Positions 19,127 to 28,619 of a stretch of DNA of 64,000 nucleotides are shown piece by piece. Each line of letters opens with the position of its first letter. Position 1 is the stretch's first letter. Location: the NCBI GenBank assembly GCA_002438565.1, contig DJPN01000021.1, positions 61,684-125,683 on the forward strand, written 5' to 3'. Below the pieces are notes generated by a model, which did no database searches, was not told where the DNA came from, and saw nothing but the letters and a program-made list of their open reading frames with translations. The translations under genes were made by a program, and so were the position numbers. Origin of the DNA: Alphaproteobacteria bacterium UBA6411 (GTDB lineage Bacteria > Pseudomonadota > Alphaproteobacteria > CAAGCB01 > CAG-977).

Positions 19127-19879
19127 TTATGCTTTCAGACTTTTTTCAATCGCTTTGACAGCCGCGGGCAGCTGAGAAAACGCCATGATTTCGGCGTCGG
19201 CTTTCGTGCCGCAGTATTCCTGTTCGCCTTGATTTGACCTAAACAGCACCGTTTTAATTCCCAGTTGCGCCGCCCCGAACACGTCGCGGTACATATCGTT
19301 GCCGACAAAGACGACCTCGTCCGCCGTCATTTCCATTTTTTTCAGCGCTTTTTTAAACAACCGTTCGTCGGGCTTGCGGTATCCGTAATCCCCCGACACG
19401 ACAAACGGCCGGAAATAACCGCCCAATCCGACGGAAGCCAATTCCGCCTCCGCCCATTGAGCCTGCCCGTCCGACACGGCCGCCAGTTTGTATTTCTTTT
19501 TCAACCCGTCCAGTGTTTTTTTCACATCGGGATACAGCTGCAGCCGGCGGCGCGACGCCGCGCGAAACACTTCGGCGGTGATTGCGGGCAAAAGCTTGCG
19601 TTTTTTGTGCGGCAATTTGCGGGTGAAATCCGTCGCATGCCCCTCAATCACTTCGGCGAACAAAGCAACTATGTCGAATTCGGGATACGGTTCGTTACTG
19701 TCCGCGCGCTGCCGCTTGTTGATTTCAAAGTATAATTCTTTGAGCTTCTCGGGCTTGATTTTAATCCCTTGATAATCCAGAAAAACAGACACCATGCGGT
19801 AAGCATCCAAGCTTTCCTCGTCCGTCCAAATGTCGCTCAGCGTTCCGTTGATATCAAAAATCAAACCGCGAATCATGCC
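19127..19879 (-). CDS. HAD-superfamily hydrolase (motif I FDINGTL variant)
   Basis: HAD motif I near the N-terminus (MIRGLIFDINGTL); start taken at the internal ATG. Confidence 0.6.
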   Translation of the reverse strand, partial: GMIRGLIFDINGTLSDIWTDEESLDAYRMVSVFLDYQGIKIKPEKLKELYFEINKRQRADSNEPYPEFDIVALFAEVIEGHATDFTRKLPHKKRKLLPAITAEVFRAASRRRLQLYPDVKKTLDGLKKKYKLAAVSDGQAQWAEAELASVGLGGYFRPFVVSGDYGYRKPDERLFKKALKKMEMTADEVVFVGNDMYRDVFGAAQLGIKTVLFRSNQGEQEYCGTKADAEIMAFSQLPAAVKAIEKSLKA

Positions 19880-20940
19880 TGCAGTCCTCCTTGCAGGCAT
19901 TTTTCCGCCTCGTCAATCAAACGGCGGCGATAACCGCGGTCAATCCAAAAATTGCGTCCGATGCGCAACAAAGTCGTTCCCATATAAAACGGCACGCGTT
20001 TTGTTACGGCGTTGAATGCGGCTTCCGCATCGGGAAAGCGGCTGGCATATTCGCGCAAAAAGTGGTCAATGAACGGCTCGGCGGCCAGTCCGTCTTCCTT
20101 GGCGGACATAAAAAAATGCTTCAGCTCGCCCGCCATGCGTCCGATATCCGACGCGCGGTCTGCATACTGGCAGCGTTCCAAATCAAACGTTTTCACAACG
20201 TCGAAATCCCCGAAAACAAAGTTCGCGGGCGTTGCGTCGCCGTGTATCAGAACTTGGCAGTCTTCGCCCATTTCCGTTTTATCGCGCCATTGATCGCGCA
20301 AAGCGTAAAGAACATCTGCTTCGCCGTCCGCCAGCAAACTTTCATCCTGTTCAATGACTCGGTTCATATATTGGCACGCTTCGCTAAAGTCGGCGGGAAC
20401 ATCTATCGCCGTCCTGTTGTGCAGCTCCGCAAAGAAATGCGCCAGCGCGCCCAGTTTGTCATACAGCAACTGTTCGTCCTTGTCGTCAATGGCGCGGGAA
20501 ATGATATCGCCCAGCAGTTCGCCCGTACAAAATTCGACCGCCAGAAAGTTGCTCAAATTTTCATTTTTGCCCAAAGGCGCGGCAACGTAAAACGGTTCTT
20601 CGTCAAAGCCGTACGACCGCACTTTGACCAAATTTCCGTATTCGCGTTCCAAGCGTTTTTCGTCCTCGAAAAACTTGCCGATGATGCGCGCGCCCGTTTG
20701 GCGTTCTTCGTACAAAAACACGTCGTTCGATCCGTTCAGCCGCCAGACGTGATAACAGGGGTCTTCACAAAAATCCGCAATTTGCGGCTGAATGTCGTAT
20801 TTCAAATAGCCGTACAAATCATCGTCCGTTTCAACCGTACCCAAATAAATCATTGCCGTCCTCCTGTTTAGAAAGCGTATTGAACCGCCGCAGACAAAGT
20901 TGATATCACATTGTTGTCCGACCTTTTTTGATCCGCCCAC
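19873..20940 (-). CDS. Phosphotransferase-family (APH/choline-kinase-like) kinase
   Basis: Brenner-type catalytic motif VLIHGDATPANFVF and a D..D..G pattern characteristic of APH-fold kinases. Confidence 0.55.
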   Translation of the reverse strand: MGGSKKVGQQCDINFVCGGSIRFLNRRTAMIYLGTVETDDDLYGYLKYDIQPQIADFCEDPCYHVWRLNGSNDVFLYEERQTGARIIGKFFEDEKRLEREYGNLVKVRSYGFDEEPFYVAAPLGKNENLSNFLAVEFCTGELLGDIISRAIDDKDEQLLYDKLGALAHFFAELHNRTAIDVPADFSEACQYMNRVIEQDESLLADGEADVLYALRDQWRDKTEMGEDCQVLIHGDATPANFVFGDFDVVKTFDLERCQYADRASDIGRMAGELKHFFMSAKEDGLAAEPFIDHFLREYASRFPDAEAAFNAVTKRVPFYMGTTLLRIGRNFWIDRGYRRRLIDEAEKCLQGGLQA

Positions 20941-23900
20941 AGTTTCAGCCGCGTCCTGCGCGACAGATTGCTTTCCAGCCCGACCGACAAGGATAAATAG
21001 TCTTTGTCCGCGTCTTCCGCAAGCGATTCAAAGCTTGTCCGCGACGCGTCGTTGATAAAGTAAGCGGTCGTTGTCGGATTTCCGCCTGTCAGCAGTCTTT
21101 GCCAGCCGGCATCCAAAGTCAGAACGGCGTCCGCCCATATATAGCTCAGCTGCACCCCGGGCTGAATGGAAACGGACGTGTCGTTCGCGTCCGAAACCGA
21201 CAGGTTGATTGCGGACACTTCGCCTTTTTCCTTATAAGCGTCTTGATGCGTATAAGCTACATTCGCGCCGACATAAGGCCTCAATCCGAATGAATGGTCG
21301 CGGCGCGGCAAGAGCCCCAAAGTGTAACCGGCATTGATTCCGCCCTCGACCGTGTATCCGTTATATGACGATTTGCTGATGGCGGAAAGTCCCGTGATAT
21401 CGGTTTTGCGTCGTCCTTCGTAACGCTGGACGCCGCCCAAAACAACCGCATCCACATTGACGCGGCCAAAGCGCGTCCCTGCGTAAACGCCCGCGCGGTA
21501 ATCCTGCACAATCATTCTGTCGCCGTCTTGGGCCGAACGCGTATGGGCGAATCCCGCCGTCAAACCAAGCAAAAAGTCGTCGGACGATTGCCAATCAAAT
21601 CCGAACTGTCCGCCGACCGTATCCGATTTTTGCGTGCTGCGGCTTGTCTTTCCGGACACGCCGAAACGCGCATGACCGCCCAAAGCTTGCGCCCAAATTT
21701 TTGCCGTCGAAACGTCGTCGCCGCCCGACCTGCCGCGGTAATAACGCCCCCGATACCGGAATTGCGGCGTTTGATTGCGCAAAGCGGGAATGACTTCGCG
21801 CTGACTGCGGATTTGAAACAAATGCGAATAAACGTTGTTCGCCACAGTCCCCGACAGCGGCAGGCTTTGATTCCGCACGGCTTGAATTTGGTCGCGCACG
21901 GTGTTTATCGTTTTTTTCAGTTCCGTTCCCGATTGATAATAATAGCCGCGGAATTCTTTGTTGCCGTCCGTTTTAAACATTTTGTCGATTGCTTTGGCAA
22001 CGGACAGTTCTTTCGCGTCCAGTTCGGGCATGTTTGCCGGATCGCTCATATTCAAATAGGTAACCGTCATATTCAAACTGTTCCCGCTTTTGACCATCTT
22101 GCCGTCAACCAGCCCGATTAAGCGGATGGAGTCTTTGAAACCGCTCCCCACGGTCAAAGAGGACGACGCTTCCAGCACAGTATAAGTCTTTTCATCGTTG
22201 TACATCGCCAAAACCGATGTCGCCGCCGTAAATTGGCCTTTTGTCAAGACCGCCTCTTCCACGGTCATTTTCAGCAAATCGCCGTTCGCGTCGGTCAGCA
22301 AGGCGATATTGCCTTCGTTCGTAAACTTTTTCACGGAAAACGACGAACCGATTGTCGCCCCTTCCTTGTTGTTCAGCTCGCCGCCGGAAACGGCGACGGT
22401 TTCAAGCACGCCGTGGTTGTTGAAAACCGCCGAATCCGTATTTTGAATCGTCCCGCCCAAAGTTCCCGCATAATAATTGAACGTTCCCTCGTTAATCAAA
22501 ACCGCCGTTTCGGACGCCGTCGCCGCAAGCGAACCACCTTTCATCGTAAACGCCGATTGATTTTTCAAACCGCCCGTCAGCGCGCCGCCCGTCATGGTCA
22601 AAACGCCCGCGTTGCCGACTTCCCCCGACAATGTTCCGCCGGAAACTTCGGTTTTGCCCGAATTGCTCCACGCCCCCGCAACCGAACCTTTGCTGATTGA
22701 AGCCGTCGTTCCCGCCGCGATGTCCACCGCGCCCGCAATCGCCGCGCCGTCGACAACCAGTTTTCCCGTTCCGCCTGTTTTTGCGCCGCCTTCCAAAGCT
22801 CCAGTCAGCTTCAACGTTCCCGCGGAAACGGACGTGTCACCTTTATAAGTGTTTTTGCCGCTCAGCGTCAGCGTTCCCTCGCCCGTTTTTTCAAAACCCA
22901 ATTCCTCTGTCGTGTTTCGCTGGGAAATATCATTTGAAAACACAACGTCGAATTTCGTCGGAATTTCCAGCGTATATACGGCGGAATCCATGCGCGAACC
23001 GTCCAAAGCCCCCAATCCTTTCAAAGCTTTGCCGACATCCAAAATGCCCGCGCCGTACGCCTGCGCATAAGTAATTGACGCAAATTCGTACATTTCTCCG
23101 TCTTTCGTGCAGGATGTCTTTCCTTCGTTGCAGGTCAAGCCCAACTGCTTGATAACATCGTCTTGCGTAACAACCGCTTCGTTTTCGCCCGCCTTGTTGT
23201 CCGTAAAATAAACAATTCTGTATGCCGTATCGCCGTCTTCATCGGTCAGCTGCTGTTCCGCATAGGCCGAAAAGCCCGAAAAATCATTATTGGCCGTCGT
23301 CAGCAATACGTCACCGATTTGCTTGCCGCTCAGAAACGAAAACTTTTCCTGCACCAAAGCCGCCGCGCCCGATACAATCGGAGCCGCCGCCGACGTCCCG
23401 CTGACAGCCTCGTAACCGTTATTCCCTTCTCCGCCCGTTGCCGCGTAAATACCGACACCGGGGGCGGAAATCGTCCAATTCGCCGCATCCCCCGCCAAAT
23501 TTGTAAAGCTTGCCAAAAAAGAGGAACTGCTTTTGTCTTGCGAGGAATCAAACGCGACAACGTTAATCACATTTTTCAGCGTGCCGTCTGCAATCGGCGC
23601 CGCCGCGGGCAATAACGGATTGACGCCCATTTCGTTTCCCGCAGAAGCGACCAGCAGCTTGTTGGACACTTTACGCGCCAAATCCGCATATGCCTTTTTT
23701 GCCTCTTCGGTCAAAGAACTGCCCCAACTGGCATTAATAATTTTAACGTCTTTGTACGCATCCGACGCCAATGTATCGAAAATAGAGCTTATCGTCTGAC
23801 AGGTCGTGCAAACCGAATTGTCTTCGCTGGCTATGTCCTTTCCCGAAAAAGCCAGCAAATACGAATTGTACGCCACCCCCTGCAAACCCAGATCGTTTTG

Positions 23901-24185
23901 CGCCGCACCGATAACCGAAGCAACCGCCGTGCCGTGATTTTGCCGATGATCGCCCGACAGCGTCATTTTGTCCTTAAATTCCTGATGCGTCGCCCAAAAA
24001 CCGTTGTCAACGATTGCGACGCGCACATCCTTGCCGGACAGCCCTTCTTCATACGCCGAGGACAAGTTGATGGCGTCCCACGCGGATTTATTGACATTGT
24101 ATTCGGCATCCGAAGCCGACGCGGCGGCGGGGAACACCAACAAAGACAAAACAAACGGCAGTTTATTCATAGCGGCAACTTTCAA
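20868..24185 (-). CDS. Subtilisin-like (S8) serine protease autotransporter, NalP/AspA-like, 1105 aa
   Basis: Signal peptide; S8 catalytic triad motifs VAIVDNGF (D), HGTAVASVIGA (H), GTSAAAPIVSGAAAL (S); C-terminal beta-barrel ending ...AAVQYAF. Confidence 0.8.
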   Translation of the reverse strand: MKVAAMNKLPFVLSLLVFPAAASASDAEYNVNKSAWDAINLSSAYEEGLSGKDVRVAIVDNGFWATHQEFKDKMTLSGDHRQNHGTAVASVIGAAQNDLGLQGVAYNSYLLAFSGKDIASEDNSVCTTCQTISSIFDTLASDAYKDVKIINASWGSSLTEEAKKAYADLARKVSNKLLVASAGNEMGVNPLLPAAAPIADGTLKNVINVVAFDSSQDKSSSSFLASFTNLAGDAANWTISAPGVGIYAATGGEGNNGYEAVSGTSAAAPIVSGAAALVQEKFSFLSGKQIGDVLLTTANNDFSGFSAYAEQQLTDEDGDTAYRIVYFTDNKAGENEAVVTQDDVIKQLGLTCNEGKTSCTKDGEMYEFASITYAQAYGAGILDVGKALKGLGALDGSRMDSAVYTLEIPTKFDVVFSNDISQRNTTEELGFEKTGEGTLTLSGKNTYKGDTSVSAGTLKLTGALEGGAKTGGTGKLVVDGAAIAGAVDIAAGTTASISKGSVAGAWSNSGKTEVSGGTLSGEVGNAGVLTMTGGALTGGLKNQSAFTMKGGSLAATASETAVLINEGTFNYYAGTLGGTIQNTDSAVFNNHGVLETVAVSGGELNNKEGATIGSSFSVKKFTNEGNIALLTDANGDLLKMTVEEAVLTKGQFTAATSVLAMYNDEKTYTVLEASSSLTVGSGFKDSIRLIGLVDGKMVKSGNSLNMTVTYLNMSDPANMPELDAKELSVAKAIDKMFKTDGNKEFRGYYYQSGTELKKTINTVRDQIQAVRNQSLPLSGTVANNVYSHLFQIRSQREVIPALRNQTPQFRYRGRYYRGRSGGDDVSTAKIWAQALGGHARFGVSGKTSRSTQKSDTVGGQFGFDWQSSDDFLLGLTAGFAHTRSAQDGDRMIVQDYRAGVYAGTRFGRVNVDAVVLGGVQRYEGRRKTDITGLSAISKSSYNGYTVEGGINAGYTLGLLPRRDHSFGLRPYVGANVAYTHQDAYKEKGEVSAINLSVSDANDTSVSIQPGVQLSYIWADAVLTLDAGWQRLLTGGNPTTTAYFINDASRTSFESLAEDADKDYLSLSVGLESNLSRRTRLKLWADQKRSDNNVISTLSAAVQYAF

Positions 24186-24287
24186 AAATTTTTTAGGATT
24201 ATTATAAAATCAAAGAGGATAACAAAAACTTAAAAATCAAAAAAAGCTTGCGCTTGTGAATAAAACGGGCTAAAAACAACAGCGGTG

Positions 24288-24364
24288 CGGTCCCGTAGCT
24301 CAGCTGGATAGAGCAACAGCCTTCTAAGCTGTGGGTCCCGCGTTCGAATCGCGGCGGGATCACC
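24288..24364 (+). tRNA. tRNA-Arg (anticodon UCU)
   Basis: Manual fold: GGTCCCG acceptor, GTAGCTCAGCTGGATAGAGC D-arm, anticodon loop CTTCTAA, CCGCGTTCGAATCGCGG T-arm, CGGGATC-A-CCA; 77 nt. Confidence 0.85.
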
Positions 24365-24410
24365 AAAATAAAAACCCTCGACTTGTTCGGGGGTTTTTGT
24401 TTTATGTGAA

Positions 24411-24517
24411 ATCCGCCGGCGAGAAGGACGCGGGACGCGTTCGGCCGCCCTTGGCGACGACGCCGTCAAGCGGGGGCGAAAGCCCCGAGCGTTAGCGAGC
24501 AACCGCGGCGGGGTGAT
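24411..24517 (+). repeat. tRNA-Arg-associated structured element, copy 2 (homologous to 19001-19113)
   Basis: gcgagaaggacgcgggacgcgttcgg ... gcgacgacgccgtcaagcgg-hairpin(gggggcgaaagcccc)-gagcgttagcgagc ... aaccgcggcggggtgatac (degenerate copy of the tRNA-Arg(UCU) 3' end). Confidence 0.6.
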
Positions 24518-24548
24518 ACTTTTTATTTTTTGATTTTGGCTCTAAAAT

Positions 24549-24560
24549 CAAAAAAAAAAA
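24549..24560. repeat. Homopolymeric A12 tract within an AT-only inverted repeat (ttttttgatttt / aaaatcaaaa)
   Basis: Direct count of 12 consecutive A. Confidence 0.8.
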
Positions 24561-24819
24561 ACGCACTTAAATCAAAGCGTTACAACTAATCAGATTTAAC
24601 GTCCGTTTGATTCGGGAATTTCGGGCAAAATCTGCCGCCACTCGAAATGATAGAAAATTTGTCATTCTTGCAAAATATTATTGCAATCAAAAGCTAAGTT
24701 TGCTATATGCAATAAAAACGGAGGATATCTTTGAAAAAATCTTTCGTTCAAACGAGGAAGGCAGGGGGATAAAATCGAATGAACACAGCATTTGTCAGAT
24801 ATTGCGGATATATAAAATG

Positions 24820-24831
24820 CCCCCCCCCCCC
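24820..24831. repeat. Homopolymeric C12 tract ~120 bp upstream of hldE, just downstream of a TTGTCA-15-TAAAAT promoter-like sequence
   Basis: Direct count of 12 consecutive C; lies in the intergenic/5' leader region of the heptose operon. Confidence 0.8.
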
Positions 24832-24951
24832 TATACGAACGGGAAGCCCCGCTTATGTCCAGAGCAATCAGCTTAAAACACGGGGGAAAAGTGCCGTCAA
24901 CGCGCTTCTCAATCTAAATCCCGTTCACTTGATAAATTGAGGAGAGGCTTC

Positions 24952-26424
24952 ATGCCCTTACTGGCTTCGTATATTAGAAATTTCAAAAATTTACGCATTC
25001 TGGTTATCGGAGACATTATGCTGGATCGTTTCGTATACGGCAAAGTCGAACGCATTTCGCCCGAAGCGCCTGTCCCCGTGTTTGATTTCAAAAAATCGTC
25101 CGACATGCTGGGTGGAGCGGGAAACGTTGTCGCAAATTTAGTGTCTTTGGGGGTGAAGACCTCTTTTATCGGCGTGGTCGGGCAAGATGACAGCGCGCGG
25201 GAAATTTCATCCTTGTTGGGAAAATTGGGGGCGTGTCATCATTTGATTCGGCTGAAAAACTATCCGACAATCGTCAAAACGCGCTTGATTGCCGGCAACA
25301 CGCATTTGCTGCGCGTCGATTGCGAAGAAAAATGGTTTACGCCGGATTCTGTTTTGCCGACCATTCGTTCCATTATTGAAAAAGCGGTAAAAAATGCGGA
25401 TTTGGTTCTTTTGTCGGATTATGCCAAGGGTGTTTTGGCCAAATCGACGGCGCAGGCGATTATCGCCGAATGTTGCAAAGCGGGTAAAAAAGTCCTTATA
25501 GATCCGAAAGGTTCCGATTGGTCGAAATACGAAAACGCAACTCTGGTCAAGCCGAATTTGAAAGAATTCAAAGAAGTGTGCGGACTTTCCGTCAATCCGT
25601 CGGATTCCGATTTTACGAAACATCTGTCCGACGGCGCAAAGCTGATTTTTAAACGCTATAAAATCAAAAGCCTGCTGATTACCTTGTCCGAACACGGTAT
25701 GGCGTACATTCATTCGTCCTCTCCCGACGAGGTTTATCAAATTCCCACCCAAGCCAAAGAAGTTTTCGACGTATCGGGTGCGGGGGATACGTCTTTGGCG
25801 ACCTTTGGCGCGGCATTCGGCGCGGGCGCTTTGCCCAAGGATGCGATGAAGCTGGCAAACACGGCGTCGGGCATAGTCGTCGGCAAAGTCGGAACGGCGT
25901 GCATTTCCGCAAACGAATTGGAAAACGCCCTGTCCGAACGCAATCCGGCCGCCGTGCCGAAAAGCAAAATCGTATCGCCGGAACAAGCCGCCGAAATCGC
26001 CGTTGAATTAAAGAAAAGCGGCAAAAAAACGGGCTTTACCAACGGCTGTTTCGATTTATTGCATTTGGGACATTTGCGATCGTTTGAAAATGCCAAAAAG
26101 GAATGTGACGTTTTGTTCGTCGGCGTGAATTCGGATGCGAGCGTCAAGCGCCACAAAGGCGATTCCCGCCCGATCCAAGATGAAAAAACGCGCGCTTTGC
26201 TGGTCGCTTCATTGGAAACGGTGGATTATGTCATCGTTTTTGACGACGACACGGCGCTTCCTTTGGTCGAAAAAATCCGTCCCGACGTTATCGCGAAAGA
26301 GGGTTATTTGCTTCAAAACTGGCCGGAGGCGCAATTCGTCGTTTCTTACGGCGGCCGCGCCGTTACGTTAAAGCGCGTTGACGGCTATTCCACCACGCAA
26401 ACCGTTGAAAGGATTAAACACTGA
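24952..26424 (+). CDS. hldE: Bifunctional D-beta-D-heptose 7-phosphate kinase / D-beta-D-heptose 1-phosphate adenylyltransferase
   Basis: N-terminal PfkB-like kinase domain and C-terminal cytidylyltransferase-like domain (GCFDLLHLGHLRSFENAKKECDVLFVGVNSD); gaggagagg RBS before the internal ATG. Confidence 0.85.
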   Translation: MPLLASYIRNFKNLRILVIGDIMLDRFVYGKVERISPEAPVPVFDFKKSSDMLGGAGNVVANLVSLGVKTSFIGVVGQDDSAREISSLLGKLGACHHLIRLKNYPTIVKTRLIAGNTHLLRVDCEEKWFTPDSVLPTIRSIIEKAVKNADLVLLSDYAKGVLAKSTAQAIIAECCKAGKKVLIDPKGSDWSKYENATLVKPNLKEFKEVCGLSVNPSDSDFTKHLSDGAKLIFKRYKIKSLLITLSEHGMAYIHSSSPDEVYQIPTQAKEVFDVSGAGDTSLATFGAAFGAGALPKDAMKLANTASGIVVGKVGTACISANELENALSERNPAAVPKSKIVSPEQAAEIAVELKKSGKKTGFTNGCFDLLHLGHLRSFENAKKECDVLFVGVNSDASVKRHKGDSRPIQDEKTRALLVASLETVDYVIVFDDDTALPLVEKIRPDVIAKEGYLLQNWPEAQFVVSYGGRAVTLKRVDGYSTTQTVERIKH

Positions 26425-26990
26425 TGCAGCAGGAAATCATTGCTTCGTTTCAGGAAAACGTTGCCGGTTTTACGGAAATCCAAACTTTGGCGCCCGTTAT
26501 CGAAAAAATCGCGCTGATATGCATTGACGCGATCCGCAACAACCGCAAAGTGATGTTTTGCGGCAATGGCGGTTCGGCGGCGGATTCGCAGCATTTGGCG
26601 GCGGAGCTGGTCGGGCGGTATAAAATGAACCGCCCCGCAATGAATGCGATAGCTTTGACAACGGACAGTTCGATTTTGACGGCGATCGGGAACGATTACG
26701 GTTATGACACGATTTTTGAACGCCAGGTCGAAGGCTTGGGGCAAAAAGGCGACGTTTTGGTCGGCATATCGACTTCGGGCAATTCAAAAAATGTGCTGCG
26801 CGCTTTTGAAATGGCGCGCAAAAAAGGCGTTTCGACGGTTGCTTTTACGGGAAAATCGGGCGGCAGAATGAAAGAAACGGCCGATATTTGCGTCAACGTG
26901 CCGTCCGACGTCACAAACCATATTCAAGAAATGCACATTGCCGTCGGGCATTTGATTTGCGGATTGGTCGAAAGGGTTGTCAATGGCTAA
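26424..26990 (+). CDS. gmhA: Phosphoheptose isomerase (SIS domain)
   Basis: SIS-domain motifs ...VMFCGNGGSAADSQHLAAEL ... GISTSGNSKNV...; start overlaps the hldE stop. Confidence 0.85.
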   Translation: MQQEIIASFQENVAGFTEIQTLAPVIEKIALICIDAIRNNRKVMFCGNGGSAADSQHLAAELVGRYKMNRPAMNAIALTTDSSILTAIGNDYGYDTIFERQVEGLGQKGDVLVGISTSGNSKNVLRAFEMARKKGVSTVAFTGKSGGRMKETADICVNVPSDVTNHIQEMHIAVGHLICGLVERVVNG

Positions 26991-27495
26991 AGCTTTGTTT
27001 TTGGATCGCGACGGTACAATCAACATTGATTACGGATACGTTTTTGAACCCGAACGGTTTGAATTCGTTGACGGAATCTTTGATTTATGCCATGCGGCGC
27101 AATCCAAAGGCTTTAAAATCATTGTTTGCACGAACCAATCGGGCATTGCGCGCGGGTATTTCACCGAAGCCGACTTTCAAAAAATTACGGCGCATATGGT
27201 GAAAAAGTTTTCTGAACAACGCATTGAAATCGCGGACGTTTTTCATTGTCCGACATTGGACGGCATTGACCGCAAGCCCAATACGGGAATGTTCGTCAAA
27301 GCGCGCGACAAACACGGAATCAATATGGCGGCAAGTATTTCCTTGGGTGACAGCGAACGCGACGTGATTGCGGGAATAAACGCAGGCGTCGGAACAAATT
27401 ATTTGTTGTCGAAAAAGAAAATCGCCGCTCCGATTTGCCCCGTTGTTTCAAGCTGCCGCGAATTGGCGGAACTCATTGAAAAAGGTGTCGAATGA
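26977..27495 (+). CDS. gmhB: D,D-heptose 1,7-bisphosphate phosphatase (HAD, histidinol-phosphatase-like)
   Basis: ALFLDRDGTIN motif I, CTNQSGIARGYF motif; overlaps the gmhA end. Confidence 0.8.
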   Translation: MSMAKALFLDRDGTINIDYGYVFEPERFEFVDGIFDLCHAAQSKGFKIIVCTNQSGIARGYFTEADFQKITAHMVKKFSEQRIEIADVFHCPTLDGIDRKPNTGMFVKARDKHGINMAASISLGDSERDVIAGINAGVGTNYLLSKKKIAAPICPVVSSCRELAELIEKGVE

Positions 27496-28616
27496 ATTAT
27501 TTTGACAAGCTGGACCATCGATCCGCCCGCATGCGCGAAAAATATCCGACTCGTCCGCGCAAAGCCGCCGCGTCAATGTTGATGTGGACTGTTAAAAACC
27601 TGTTTCCAAAGGCGGACAAAACCGTTTTTACGGATGGCAGGCTGCATATTGCCGTCAGCGTTTTGGGCGGATTGGGCGATTTGTTTTTTGCCGCGCGGTA
27701 TGTCGAAAGGCTGTCCCGTTATTTTGGACAAAAAGTTACCGTTTGCATGGAAAATAGCGCGGCGTACGCTCAGCCTGTTTTTGGCGGATTAAGCGGCGTT
27801 GAAGCGATTGTTGCCCCAAACGGCGCGCCGTGCGATATTAAAATTCGATTGGTTCGTTTTCCGGAAATCGTTTTTTGCGACTTTAAACGCTTAAAAGCCG
27901 TCGGCGACAGCAAAATCAAAGCTTATGTGCAGTCTTTGCTTGATTTTCGATCCGGCTTTCCTCTGGTATACAACAACGATTATTTTGGGTATCGCTATGC
28001 CCAAGCAAAGGGCAAAAAACGCGAAGATCAACCGGATATTGACGGGATTTTGCATTTGGCGGACGTTTCGCTGAACATACCTGCGGCCGATCCGCAAATT
28101 GGCAAGCCTTTTATCACGATTCAAACTGGATACGGCGAACATTTTAAGGGTGTGGAATCCGAAACGCGCCAATGGGGTGTCGAAAAATATGAACGGCTGA
28201 TTGAATTGCTAAAGCAGGAATACCCGCGTTTTAAGACTGTTCAAATCGGGGCGGATTATCATCCGCGCATCCAAGAAACGGATTTCGATTTGCGTGGCAA
28301 AACATCAATTCCGGAAGTGTTCGGTTTGCTGAAAAACGCCGCTCTGCATATTCAGCAGGAAGGCGGATTTGCAATCGCGCGGCACTATTTGTGCGGCAAA
28401 CCGTCGGTCGTTTTGTTCGGCCCGACGGATGAAAAATTCTTGGGGTTTCCGGAAAATTTAAATCTTCGCGCGCCGGGATTCGAATGCATATGCGAAGGAC
28501 TGACCCAAAAATGGTATCAAAAATGTTTGAAAACGGGCGGTTGCGCGGCGTGCATGCGGGCGTTGTCCGCACAAACCGTGTTTGAAAAAATCAAAGAAAG
28601 CAAAATATTGGAGTAA
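27492..28616 (+). CDS. Glycosyltransferase family 9 (LPS heptosyltransferase-like) with a ~60-aa N-terminal extension
   Basis: GT9-type C-terminal region (...LRGKTSIPEVFGLLKNAALHI...GPTD...); operon position after gmhB. Confidence 0.65.
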   Translation: MNYFDKLDHRSARMREKYPTRPRKAAASMLMWTVKNLFPKADKTVFTDGRLHIAVSVLGGLGDLFFAARYVERLSRYFGQKVTVCMENSAAYAQPVFGGLSGVEAIVAPNGAPCDIKIRLVRFPEIVFCDFKRLKAVGDSKIKAYVQSLLDFRSGFPLVYNNDYFGYRYAQAKGKKREDQPDIDGILHLADVSLNIPAADPQIGKPFITIQTGYGEHFKGVESETRQWGVEKYERLIELLKQEYPRFKTVQIGADYHPRIQETDFDLRGKTSIPEVFGLLKNAALHIQQEGGFAIARHYLCGKPSVVLFGPTDEKFLGFPENLNLRAPGFECICEGLTQKWYQKCLKTGGCAACMRALSAQTVFEKIKESKILE

Positions 28617-28619
28617 TTT

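Noticed and set aside
18588-19237. Several 70-135-aa ORFs on both strands covering tRNA-Gln, tRNA-Arg(CCG) and the att-like element
   Set aside because: They overlap well-folded tRNA genes and terminators and have no RBS; they are artefacts of GC-rich structured RNA sequence.
24607-24876. 89-aa ORF containing MPPPPY
   Set aside because: The PPPP is encoded by the C12 homopolymer in an intergenic region; there is no RBS, and any tract-length change destroys the frame.
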